From Zygnema circumcarinatum SAG 698-1b (taxonomy: Eukaryota > Plantae > Zygnematophyceae), in assembly GCA_037447605.1 (NCBI GenBank), contig CM074808.1, positions 1,612,001 through 1,676,000 of the forward strand: a stretch of 64,000 nucleotides of DNA, given 5' to 3'. The position numbers were made by a program, and so were the translations under genes. The notes under the pieces are model-generated. The model was not told the DNA's origin. It did not search any database and saw only the letters and a list, made by a program, of their open reading frames with translations. Of the stretch, positions 24,101 to 36,564 are shown piece by piece. Every line of letters starts with the position of its first letter. Positions within the stretch are counted from its first letter, which is position 1.

Positions 24101-24472
24101 ACCTTCCATGATCAGCCCATGCGCCTGCAGGCCGTGCAGCACCTGCACCCGCTCCTGCCACATACGCGCTTCCTCCTCCGCCCCCCCCGCCCCTATCGCT
24201 CGACCTGCAGGCCCCGCGTAGCATCCCTCCACCCAGCGCAGCTCACTGCGCCCTCCCCACCTCACACAGCCAGCACCCCCCCTCTCCCCCTCAGCACCTG
24301 CCCAGGCCGCCCACTCCCCTTCCCTTCCCGGCCCAGCCCTGAGTCCTGAGCCCTGAGCCCTGTACCCCCGCACGCACCCCCCAGAGGGACTCCAGAAGGC
24401 GGCGTAGGCCCAGCCCCTCTGCGCGACCACCCGCAGCGCGCTCCGCAATGCCGCTCCCCCACGCCGCGCCAT
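21110..24472 (-). CDS. MYC-type bHLH transcription factor (bHLH-MYC_N domain + bHLH + C-terminal ACT-like domain)
   Basis: N-terminal WAYAAFWS...ELRWVEGCY...ESEWFYLVS..CAF; bHLH THIFTERRRREKLNAQFLALRAVVPRVSK|MDKASVLSDAVQYVKELKQKIADLE; ACT-like EVRVLDNTAIISMSS...LMLTLEDLQLDVQHASTSTFGQVILFNVVAT|...RLTAAEVVGALEKV. Internal exons between about 23000 and 23980 are not fully resolved. Confidence 0.88.
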
Positions 24473-24936
24473 GGCCCGCCCGCCCCAAAGCGAGGCAGGG
24501 AGGGGGGAGGGAGGGAGGCCCCGCCCGCCCCGCGCCGTACGGGACACCAACTGCCGTCCGTACAGCGTGGGACCTCATTCAATGAAGCGTGCCAGCATAA
24601 TATCCTGCCGCCATCACGGGACGCGCCACGTGGCACACGCAGGTGGCGCCTCCAGCCAGCAAAGTCAACTTTGGACACGTGTCGCGCCCTGAAAGCGCCA
24701 CCTGGCGCTTCACGGCCTTTTGCGGATAATTTACCCGCCTGCCTAACGACCTGGCAGCCGGTCGTTTGATTCTGTACGGATGTTGCCGCTGTCCGTACAA
24801 GCGTTCTGAGTCCTGACAGCTCGCACGGTCGACTCTCTCCCTCCCAAAAGGTTCCTAGTTGGAGATTGTACCGCCGCCCCCGGTCCCGCCCGTTGTCAAG
24901 AGGGAGGGAGGGGAGGCCCCCAAGAAGCCAGAAGTC

Positions 24937-25426
24937 GTCCGTCCGTCCGTCCGTCCGTCCGTCCGTCCGTCCGTCCACTCGCCGGCTGTGGGCCGCCCGA
25001 CCGCCCGTGGCTTGGCTGCCTGGCTGCCTGGCTGCGGCTGCGATCGCGGGGGGCGGGTAAGGGCACAATGACATGGCCGGCGACGTGTCGGCGCTGTCTG
25101 TCCGCCTCGAGGACGTTCGCTGGCTGGCACCGGCCGGTCGTTCTGTCGGTCGGTCGGTCGGTCGGTCGTGAGCCGGCCCGGCGCCCGCCTACCTCGGGGA
25201 GCTGGCCGGCCAGTGGCTGCGCCAACCCGGTCCTAGAGGTCCGCTCCGCGCGGGAGGACCGTACCGTACAGAGGGCCCCTACCGTACAGAGCCCCCTCCC
25301 CTCCCTCCCCTCCCTCCCTCCCCTCCCTCCCCTCCCTCCCCTCCCTCCCTCCCCTCCCTCCCCTCCCTCTCCGTCAGCAGTCCGGACGCGTTTGGCCCTC
25401 GCCAGGCGCCAGCCAGCCAGCCAGCC
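24937..25426. repeat. Cluster of simple repeats: (GTCC)10 at 24937-24976, (GTCG)6 at 25145-25168, (CCCCTCCCT)n at about 25292-25368, (CCAG)n at about 25409-25426
   Basis: Directly visible tandem units upstream of the bHLH gene. Confidence 0.9.
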
Positions 25427-26584
25427 AGCGCCGGCTGGCCGGTGCCTACGTCACCAGTTCCCTGTCCTCGAGCTCCGAACTGTCAACGCCTCGCCGCCTG
25501 TATAATTGAGGCGATACGAAAAGGAAGCAGCCGCCCTGCGAATTGGCGCCCGGCCGAGCCTGCCGGCTTGCCGCGCTGCGAGCCTGGGACACGCTCTAAG
25601 TCTCTCGCTTGGAGGCCTTTTTCGATACTCTGAAGCAGTCCGTGGCCACATGGCGTCATGTCGAGATTCTTAACGCGAATTAATTTTGACGCAGAGATTT
25701 CCCCTTGAGGTGATAATTAATACAAAAGGAGCTCAAACCAGACACAAACTAATTATTAATTACTTAGTTGATGCTGATATTGTTGCTGTCGGTGCTTAAA
25801 TAAAAGAACCATACACTCGAAATCCAACAAATACGAAAATATATACTAAGAACACAGTCAATCTAGCATCAGGACCGAAGGAGAAAAAAGGCAATTCCTT
25901 TCACATAATACAGTCCAGCCTGAACCAAGGGAGCGTAGGCGGAAGGAAAACTGGTGTAGAGTGAAAAGGCATCTGACTGCAACACAAGCATTTTCTTCTC
26001 AACCACCACATTCTGTCTCCAAAGCCTGCAGCAGCGTGAGAAAGCGGGCAGAGCATAACAGTATCCCATGAAAATCCTGAGCAGTTTCTACCAATTTTTA
26101 AGGTGGAAAAATAGTTCGGATAAAGACCACCCCCTTCATTATTATCATGTCTATTACAATCACAACCAAAACTGCTCAGGGCCCGACCACTTTGATCCCC
26201 TTTCTGCGCTAAGAAATACGTGGTACTCGAAACAACATGCAAACTGTAGATAGGCAAGCGCAAGAACAGACAGATGCGGACGACAACGACAAAGGCGATT
26301 AACGAGCAAACATCTGAACAGGAAACGAGAGCCACTTCAAACATGCACCACACCCAGACCTGAGTAGGTTATCTTCCTGAACCAAATCCTAGAATCGACG
26401 TGTCAACGGATGCTATCAAAAAGTGAACCTTACCTAGACCGTTCTTAAAGGACTTCCACAAAGCAGCTCGCAAACTAGCTACCATATGCCACGACGATCG
26501 GCAAATGAAGCATGCAAACGTAATGCAACAGAAGCAGAAGACATTTGCACCCCAACCAGATCGACAAGCCTGCAACCACCCACC

Positions 26585-29500
26585 CTAGGCCTGGCTACCC
26601 GGATTACCGCCAGTGGTTTGTGCTGTGCCATAGTCATAGGTTCCGCCAGCACTCGAGGCATCAGCAGCAGGTGGCGCATAGCCGGTTTGAGCGTAACCTT
26701 GCTGAGAGTATCCCTGCTGGCCATATGCTGCTTGGTCGCCAGCACCCGCACTCTGCTGAGAATAATTGTATCCATTGTACGCCGTAGCCTGCTGCTGCTG
26801 ACTTTGCTGCTGAGGAGGCTGCTGCCCAGCGTAGGCGGGCTGAGAATACGCTTGCTGTTGCTGCTGCTGTCCATAACCTTGCTGTTGATAGCCGGCAGCA
26901 GGTGGTTGGGTTTGTGGCTGCTGATACCCATAATAGCCCTGACCTTGCTGGCTATACGAGTAAGAACTGTCGGCTGGAGCAGCACTAGCAGGTGCTGGAG
27001 CTGGAATGGCCTGGGTCTGCTGTCCATAATAATCATAGCTTCCTGTCTGTTGCACTGGTTGAGAGGGGGCTGCAGGCCGCTGATCCCAACCAGTTTGAAA
27101 GCCAGCAGCTTGCTGCTGTGGATAGCCAGAGTACTGCTGCTGGGGAGGGGCTCCGTACTGCTGCTGCGGTGGAGCTTGATAAGGAGGCTGCTGGTAGCCA
27201 CCATAACCACCTCCCGATTGTTGCATTGGAGGGCCAGAGGGAGGACCCCATTGAGACTGACCGCGGAACCCTCCACCACCACCATAACCACCAGTTCCCC
27301 CCTGCAAAGGAGGCCCACGCCGATTCTGCAAAACAAATGATTCAAGAATGACATTCTCAAAAAAGAATGGGCCAAAGGCAACACATACCTTCATGCATCA
27401 ATCGGCCCGCCAAAAGAAGCAATGTTCGTACAATCTTCACAAGCATACCAAGAGGCACAAACCATAACCAAGGCAGCAAGTACATACGCGAATTTGATGT
27501 TTCATTTGATTCGAAAGGTGACTCCACCAAGAAGACGGGTCTTGCGAAGAATGTGCAAGTCATGCTAACGAAGAATTCAACCACGGGCATAACATCCTAA
27601 ACAGGCGGTGAATAGCACATACCTACAAGTCTAACCAATTTAGTCAACTAGCCTGAGAGGTAGCTCAAGCATTGATATCGAGCATCGCGTTGATAACGCA
27701 TTTGAAGGACTGGGTATCACTCATACCTTTAAGGGACTTGAATTCGGGGGTACCAACGTGACGGTGAGTTAGCACGCCTGTAACTTTCCTACAGGTGGAA
27801 GACCAAGCCTTTCAATACCCCGATACAATAGATAACATATCTACTTGGCCAGTCACAACCGCACATTGGCATGCTGGCACTAACGGAGCATTCTCTCTCC
27901 TTCAAGAGCAAAGCTTCCAATTGAAGTTTTAGAGGAAAGGCAATGCCGCACAATTGCAGTTGCACTTGCTAGCATGATGACAGCCTCATCAATATTCGAT
28001 TGCAATCAAAGGATAAGCAACCAGGGAGGCTACCTAGCGTTTGTTGGCAGTGATTAAAATACTAACTCTGCATCTCGGAGCAAACCATTCTTTCTAAGAT
28101 ACTGTGAGCTGACCTCCAGAAGCATGGGGCGTATCGAGCTTGAATGAAGGACTCAGCGGAACTTGGGACTAGGATCAAAGCTGCCTGAAACTAAACAGCC
28201 AGCTTCAAATATGCAATATATGTAGACATGTTTGAGTCCGTACCGGATCCTCTTAGCCGTGACATCAGACACCACCCGGCGTCCAAACATTTGTCAAAGA
28301 AAGAGGATGGAAACCACTTCACAGTCTTGAGTCAGAAGTGACGGCAAAGGTTGTCGAGAATCATTTCAGAACGACGATGGCAGAAACAATCAAAACACCT
28401 CACAATATCATCAAAAAGTCACAAAAAAAAGAGCAGCCGAGACAAAGACACAAAGCAATCATTCCAGTCACCAACAATACTTCAATTTCAAGAAATGATC
28501 ATGAATCAACACTGATAAGCAGGCTCTGACCATTTGGCCATCATCGTCACTGCAATCACTATGCAACAAAGCTGCAGAGGAACTTATGGGTTCTGTGAAC
28601 GAGGCACCTACATCATCCACCACCTCAGCAATGAGTTCGGAAGCCATATCAGTTGCCTTCTTGTTCCCAATCAGTGTCACGGACCTATCATGCGACCCTG
28701 GCTCGACCTCCCGATCACTTTGGACCTGCCATCCAAATCTCATCAATGTCAGTAATGGGCATGCCATGGAGTTTTCAATACCATGATGCTTCTCTGAATA
28801 CACTTTCCGTCGTCAAAGCTAAACGATAAAAAATAAGTGGGAACGAAGACCTTTAAACCCAGGCCGAAGGGTCTGAAGTGACCTAAGTTACTCCACTTAC
28901 CTGAATGCGGGCACCAGACCGATTTTGGAGATTTTTGATAGTTTCTCCACCACGACCAATGATCAAGCCAACCTGCAATAAAATGGTAACGAGTAAATAC
29001 AATAGCTAACTCGTAGAGAAGAGTCTAATGAATAAAACATCCTTCGATACTTGATGGAATACACTCAAAAGGCCTTTAACGACATTACACCTTATTATTG
29101 GGCACTTTGATTGTAATAGAATCTCCGGGCGGAGCGAGACCACCAAAGCCGCGGGCGACCAAAGCGCCGGATCCTCCAATGCCAGCCTGCTATGATAGGG
29201 AGAAACCTATGTCAGTCAATAAGCACAAGCAATAACTCAACTGGAAATAGCAGTTCAATCTCAGCAGACTCAACTGTCGGGACAATTTCAGCAAATGACT
29301 TGAAATACACCAAACGGAGCACACATAGCTCCAGGTGGCTAGAGCGGAGGGCATGGCTTAAAAGTAGACACCTCAGTAATGACATCGTTGATTAACTTCT
29401 CCGCCAGCTGGATCTGTTCCGGTGTCCCCATCAGCTCCACCGGCCTGACTTGTTGCCTAGGGTCAATGTCGGCATCTCTGGTGACCTGAATTCTCGCGCC

Positions 29501-30366
29501 AGACTGTTGTTGCAGGTACTTGATTGTCTCACCGCTTTTTCCAATCACTAACCCTACCTGCGTTAAGAAACAAAAATAGGAGGTCAGACTCTTGCTTCGA
29601 ATCGTACTCACACTTGTACCTCCAAGTAACAAAAAACAGAGTCCACACCTGCCTCGACAAACGAATATGCTGCGTCACGAAGTTCTGGTGCTTTTTCCCG
29701 AATCATCGACATATACTCAACAGCCGAGTAGGGCATAGCGTTAGCAAGGACAGAAGTTACCCTTCCATCAAACTTAAAAAAGCAGTGTCCCTGCACGACT
29801 GATGGCCTCAAGGTCAACCTGTTTATCTATGGTGGCTTACCTTGGAGTTAGGGACCTCAATTTTCTTAGATGATGAACCGCCATCCTGCTGGTATTGCTG
29901 GTACTGCGGCATTTGGCCGGTCGGCGCTTGACGTTCTCCACCAGGGGGTGGATCTGCATGAAACAGAATCTCCATAAGGCCACGTCCCGACCAGATCAGC
30001 CGTGCAGAACGTGCAGATAGTGCCCTGGCCCAGCTTACCGTCAAAGGCAGGGGGCAGATCCTGACTGGCAGGGATGTTGGCAGACGCATCCTGATCACTG
30101 CGTGCATCCTCCAACTTCGACCGCTTTGCTTCCCCGTCCGCTGAGAACTTGGCAGCAAGGTCAGCCGCTTTCTGCTTCAATAAGTCGAAGTCAGACACAG
30201 GCGGGGGCACGCTGCTATACATGCCTCCTGGCTGGCCACTCGCAGGGGCAGGCGCCGAGTCTTCAAACTTGCGCTTGTTGCCTTCAGTGGGCTGAACAGG
30301 GACCGGAGGCTCGCCCTCTTCATTCTGAAAGTTCTCCACTGCGGCAGCGTCTTCTTGTTCAGCCAT
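26585..30366 (-). CDS. KH-domain RNA-binding protein, FUBP/KHSRP-like plant type (two KH domains, Gly/Gln/Tyr-rich tail)
   Basis: KKIEVPNSK|VGLVIGKSGETIKYLQQQSGARIQVTRD...VELMGTPEQIQLAEKLINDVI; second KH VGLIIGRGGETIKNLQNRSGARIQ|VQSDREVEPGSHDRSVTLIGNKKATDMASELIAEVV; low-complexity QQPPY/YDYY tail. Confidence 0.93.
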
Positions 30367-30876
30367 CGTCTCTGTCGCCCGAGCTCTGCACGTGGAATCG
30401 CGAGTAACAGAGGGAGAACAAGAGGGCAGGAGGAGGCCGCCAGACAACCCTAACGCTCTCCTTGCTCTGCGCGAGGCGACGGCTACTGCTGCTACGAAGG
30501 CTCCGTGCGGTCAGTGACACAGGGTCCAGGCCAGGGCCGAGGGTTTGGTCGCTTCCAGGTTCCTTGTTCCTGTTAGCGTCGTCAAATTACGAAATTTGCG
30601 CCATATACCCCTTTCACGCACGTACCACATGGCAGGTGACTGTCGTAGACGACGAGGTCATAACATTACGGAGCGGGCGCAACATGGATCGGAATGTCTC
30701 CCGTGAGGTGGAACAGTCGCGATGAACGGGTTTTCAAATGGCGCACATGGAGGAGCTCAGGCTGGAGGTGGTGGGGAAGGGACGGGAAGGGACGGGAAGG
30801 GAAAGGAGAGGGAAAGAAGAGGGAGGGGAGAGTGTGCAAGAGCAGCAATCGCAGTAGAGTAGCAATAGCAATAGCA

Positions 30877-32936
30877 ATGGCGCAGACAGATTGGCACCTG
30901 CGGCAGCAGAATCCCAAGAACCCCATCGTGTTCTTCGACATAACTATCGGAGGAGTCGCAGCAGGACGCATCAAGATGGAGCTTTTCGCAGACATTGTTC
31001 CGAAAACGGCCGAGAATTTCAGGTGAAAGGATTTTGGAACTTCCTGTTGCTCACTTCTACGATAGATGCTTTTAAACACTCATTGTAAGAGTCTGATCAC
31101 AAGCTGCGTTCCTTCAGAAGTGAAAGCTAGCAAAATTGTTCTAATTGTTCTGTTCTTATGCTACCATTGGGACCTAGTTTGCACCAGTTGACCACTATGA
31201 TCAGAAAATAGGGGATGGGGCTATCTTTCTGTGTTTGCAGGCAGTTCTGCACAGGCGAATACAGGTTTGTCCATGTTTACTTCTGTTCAAATGCTAACTC
31301 ATTTTGTAGCCTCTAAAAGGTACTTTAATGCCGAAGTTTTCGATGCATATGCATGCTCCTTCCTTCCCCTTGGCGCAAGATTTCTTCAAGTCCCGTGTTT
31401 TGAGACTTCGCTTTAGTAAAATTTTGCAGCTGCAAGAGCAAACGTAGAGTGACGAGGTTGGTTGTTTGCTCATACAGAAAGGCTGGAGTACCGCAGGGGT
31501 TTAAAGGGGTTGCATTCCATCGTGTTATTAAGGAGTTTATGATTCAAGGTGGTGATTTCTTGAAGGTAAGGATTTCTCTATAGCTTGAGGCTATAAAAAC
31601 TGTGTGCTTGCAATTCAAAAAAAATTCCAGTCAAAAAGAGTTTGCAATAGCTGGTCAACCTGTGGCGTTTGGCTTTTCATTTACACTTGTAGTATCAAGG
31701 AAACAAACTATACAAGCTGATCCTTTATTGACAAAGCTTTTTGGGCAAATGGGCAGGTTTGCCATTTCATAAGGCTCAGTTTTAATAGCTGCTGATAGGA
31801 TCATATAGGTGGATTTGTTTGGAGGTCATCCCGGTGGAGGTTGCAGATGACGTTTGGTATTTGCTGAAAGACTTGCCAAGCTGTTTGTTCGTGTTTTCTG
31901 CCTAATCAATTTATTATTTCATGAAATGCAGATGGAAGGGCTATGGTCATTGAAATGATGCTTGCTTCTAACTAAACCCACTTTCATGCGATAGGGTGAT
32001 GGGAGTGGGTGCATCAGCATTTATGGCAGTAAACTCGATGACGAAAACTTCATTGCCAAACATACGGGACCTGGCTTGCTGTCCTCAGTGAGTTGTTGGA
32101 TGCTTCTCCCTATAACTCATAAAGTAATCTGGAGTCTAGTCTTTGAAATGCTTTAACTTTGTGCATTCCTACCTCTCCCTCCCGTGCGTGTAGTTTTGAA
32201 ACATGCTGGGTTGGGAGGGCTGTAATAGTCCAAAGGTTAGCGCCGACATTGTAGACATGCAGTTCACTTCCTTTGAGGAAGTTTCCATTCTGGTGCAAGT
32301 GTTTGGTTGTATGTGAACCGTTCTTCGAGCTGCACTTGCAGTGAATTTGACAATAAGGTGCGGCTTTACAGGCAAACAGTGGACCCAACACCAATGGCTG
32401 CCAAGTGAGAACCTTCATCTATTTTGCATTTCTGAATCCAGAGCCGAGACTATTTGTGTTTTTTGTCCGGTGAAGGCAGACTTCGTTACCTCCTTCCCAC
32501 AGCTTTGTCTGCGTGTGATTGTGTATCTGTTGTTGTTGAAAACCCTATGGAAGGTCTGCTCTTAGGCAAGATCTCTACTGCGTGGATGGGCTATCCCTTA
32601 CAAGTGTTTCCGTGTATGGTGGGGCTCTGTCTGGTTCAGTTCTTCATCACATGTGCTAAGTGCGACTGGCTTGACAACAAGCACGTTGTATTTGGAGTGA
32701 GTGCAGCCTTTCACTTATGACCTTGATGCATTGCTATTGAAGCGATGCCCAATGGTGAACTTGTGTCAGTGGTCGTATCAGCATGGAAGCGGCTCTGTAT
32801 TGACCGGAAATTCTCGTTTTTGCAGCGAGTCCTCGGAGATTCTCTTCTTATTGTGAGGAAAATAGAGAACGTACAGACAGGACCGAACAACCGACCTAAG
32901 CTCCCATGCGTCATCGCTGAATGTGGAGAGTTATGA
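30877..32936 (+). CDS. Cyclophilin peptidyl-prolyl isomerase, CYP22/PPIH-like (7 exons)
   Basis: [38 protein letters not shown]|QFCTGEY|[30 protein letters not shown]|[11 protein letters not shown]...[16 protein letters not shown]|[11 protein letters not shown]|[19 protein letters not shown]|[36 protein letters not shown]. Confidence 0.95.
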
Positions 32937-33865
32937 TGCACTCTTGACTAGATTTCAAGCAAAAGTGAGCCATAGCTTGCTTATCCTAAGGACAGGCAAC
33001 TTCTAGTGCTACCTCGGTGACATCAAGTCTACTAGCGGAGCAGGCCGGGCATGGCCTGGAACTTTCATCAAAAATGTGTTGTCGTTTTGGATATTCAAAT
33101 TCGTCGTAGCTCATTTCAATGTCACGCGCTTTCATCGACAGCCAAGTGGCTTGACTCGGGAGCAGTACCCTTTCTTGAGCCCTTTTTTTGTAGTCCCACG
33201 TAGGCACCATAGGTGTACAGAGCTGGTTATGTGGAGTAATCTTCTGTAGTTACAGTTACATCTCCGACTCTACTCTAGTGACTGCCCACAGCTGATGTCA
33301 GCCAGTCCCTGCTCTCGGACTCGCGAATGTAACGTGCGATCAGTAATCTTCATGCACGACTCCGTGTTGCCCTTCCATGCCGGTGTCGAGTCTGTCGACT
33401 CACCCACATAAAGTTGCATGTGGTCAACATTGTCGTGACCATGTGGCATGGTCGTGCATCCATTAGCAATGCGATCACTGTCCCCAACAAAGAATTTGTA
33501 GCTGTAATGCCTCTCATTCTGTACTATACAGTAGCAAGCTTACGCTTACATCCACTTGGGAGGCCCACCCCACAAGGGGGTATCACTGTATCATCCGTCC
33601 ACACCTGAAGAGTTGGAAACTTGGAAATAAGAGCGTCCAAATCGTAAGGCGGCAGAACATGTACGGCGTCTCCGTGCCTGAAATCGAAAGAATTCCGTTG
33701 GGGGAGGGGAGGGAAAGGATGCGGATAGCGCCTTCCTCCGCCCTAGCGACTAGCGCCCTGCCTGACTGCCACGTGGCGGCGGCCTGCCCTCCCTCCCTGC
33801 CGCTGTCCCTCGTCACTAGCATTAGGGCGGCCTTCGTTGCACTTACCTGAATTGCTCCGACCTCC

Positions 33866-35839
33866 ATGGCCGCAATGATTGCGTCTCCCCTTCAGTCCGC
33901 CTTTCAAGCAACGTCGTTAACAAGAGGAGCGCGCGCGTCTGGAGGTCTTGATGCTTCTTCGAGGCAGTATCGGCGTAAGGCGGTGCTGGTGAGGGCAGTG
34001 CAGTCTGGAAGCGCTGCTGCGGCGTCATCTTCGACTGGTAAGAGCTCTGGCTCACTCGTTTCCGCTCCGTTTTGAAGACCGATGATACAGGGCGATGTTG
34101 CTTCGCAAGCTTCGGTTGGGTTTGAGTTCTGTGTATAGCGCGTACAGGCGTTGCTTCCATTGTCTTTATTGTATCATTATTGGTTATGAATGCGGTCTGC
34201 TTGACGAACCTTTATTTCTGTGTTGCTGCATTTGGCAGATCTTGTCCTTGTAGATCATTTCTCTCGTCTGGGCGTGTCTCGCGATGCGACAAATGCTGAG
34301 GTGAGCATGTCCGTGACCATCACTGCATTAAATTTGCCGAAAGGGTGGATATGGGGTGGATATGCAATGTCATTTGGAGGGTGTACAAGGTGTGAATCGG
34401 AAAAATTATGCAACGAGCCCTGCTATCTCTTCCATAGTTACTCTATCGCCTAATGTATCATTAAGCCAGTGGTAAATGTTCCTTAATGCATTGCCCTACA
34501 TCCCCCTTGTTACGTGCCAACCGCGTTCGATTAAAACTGACCATTATCCTTTGCGTAACTTGCTTCACCCGGGAGGTCGTCAGTCTATCGTCTTTTCTTT
34601 TTTTCGTCTACGCTTATTGCACTTTTTCCACTGTTCCCCCTCTTTTTGGCACAAGATCGGATGAGAGCTTATTGGGACATATCATCTAGAGGATGGCAGA
34701 TAGCTGCAGCATACCAGGCTCGCTGCAAGGAAATCACCGCAGTTGAGGACAAAGCAGAGGTGGCTCGCCAGCGACTTGAGGCTCTTGAGGTACAGTATTC
34801 GTTCCCTTTGGTGCTTGCTCCGGTCGAAAGGTTGTCATTAGGTAGAATAATTTCTTCATCTCTTTTGTTTTAGTTCAACATCCTTTATATGTTTCGGCTT
34901 TCACAAGGCTTGAATTGGAAACAACAAGTCCTGAGCGAGAATGGATGAATTGCCATTACTTTTCTTTGGGAGTCGCCAGCGCTTGATGAATACTACGTTT
35001 GTAAAGTTTTCTCCTAGCGAAGTCTGGTGGGGTGAACATGTATGCGATGTTGTTACCTGCGTAAACTGCACCGACGTATGTAAGGCATTTGCTTTGCTGA
35101 TAATGGAGCCTCACATGACGCTTCAAAACCGGAACTTCTCCTCGAGTTTTTGACGACGTAAGAAGTGTCTACTATGTGCTGCCTATACTTTATTGCACAG
35201 ATCTCCTTCGATGTTTTGATGTCTGAGGAGGAGAAGCGACTGTATTTGTGGGGTCTGATGCAAAAGGAGAGGCCAAGCAGCAACTATGTATGGCCTTATG
35301 AGGCAGATCCCTCACAAAGAGTTATTACAGGCACTCCTCCACGGGAGGTGAGAGTTCCTTCTATTACCTAGATTAGGGTGAACCCAGTCCATTGTTCAAG
35401 TGATTCTGTGCAAATTGACCGAATAATTATGGGAACCTTAAGCGAGGCTAGGGTTATTGACTGCAAAATCGGCATGTGATGATGTGCATGTAGACGATCC
35501 TGTCACTCCAGCATTACTGATATTTCATGTTCATGTCAGACCTGTTAGACTTGAGTGTCCACAGTTACAGGAGAGACAGTTACTTACCTGTCAGCGGCAA
35601 ACAATTGAGCAAATAGTGCTCTGCCTGGAGTTAGGTCGTTAGGAAACCGCTCAGGAGCAGACTGATATCGTTTAGCTGACTTATAGGGTTGTTGCAAGCT
35701 AACTCCATTTTCTTGCCTTTGGTTTTGGTCAATGCAGCTGGCGCCTGAGGACGCAGAGGGTATACGGAAGGTTGGCTACTTCGTCTTGGCATGGTTTATT
35801 CTTTCAATTGTGTTGAGCCTCACACTAAAGCCGGTGTGA
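33866..35839 (+). CDS. NdhU: Chloroplast NDH complex subunit U (J-like domain protein, CRRL) (5 exons)
   Basis: Transit peptide, then VDHFSRLGVSRDATNAE|IAAAYQARCKEI...LEALE|ISFDVLMSEEEKRLYLWGL...NYVWPYEADP...TPPRE|LAPEDAEGIRKVGYFVLAWFILSIVLS. This follows the NdhU pattern (DHYxRLG, ERRxYDWxL, YVWPFExD, PEDxGPTRxxGYFxxAW) as I remember it. Confidence 0.88.
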
Positions 35840-35908
35840 GCTCCAATAGTTATGGCGGCTAGAATGAACAAATTTGTTTCCCTCGAAAGGTAGGAACATT
35901 ATGTTCGT

Positions 35909-35939
35909 GGGCTCACCTGTTCACTGAACAGGTGAGCCC
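35909..35939. repeat. Perfect 31-bp inverted repeat (15-bp arms, 1-nt centre) just downstream of NdhU
   Basis: GGGCTCACCTGTTCA C TGAACAGGTGAGCCC. Confidence 0.95.
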
Positions 35940-36564
35940 ACTGAAGTTCACTGAAGACAGTCTGATTGCCACTTAAGGTATCGATGTCTGGCCAAGTAAT
36001 GAAAGCCGTGTAGGCTGTCAGTCACGTCCCATGCCATGCAAAGGATGAGCTGCTCGGAAGCCGTGTACAATTGTTGGTGCGCGATTCCACTTCCTGGTTG
36101 GCGCCCTTTATTTCAGGAGCAAAAGTAATTTATGTGCATAACTTAATCTATGTGCAATCTCTGTCCATCTCACTCGTTCCCTCCCAATGCGGAAGTGACA
36201 CTGCATGAGGTGTATGTGTGTGCTTCAAGTGTGTGGCATTGGCCTAAGATTTGCTGGAAATTGATCCTGCGGTGGTTGGTTGAAGATTGTTTCCCCTGTC
36301 GTGAGGCGAGGGACTCGCTCCCCTGTGATCGTACAACAGAGCTGAAAAGAGCTCACTTATAATTTAGTCGATGCCTACGACTTCCCTTTAGTAGTTCAAC
36401 GATGGCCGTGAGTTCCCATGAAGGAAGAAGGCACGTTCAGAAATGTCCCTGGACACTCCACACCTCAAACAACCAGTAAGGCTTTCATAGTCGCGAGTCG
36501 CCCAACGCCAGGGAGGGAGGGAACAGTCTCCAGGCCCAGTTGCTGGCCCCCGCTCCATCCCCCA

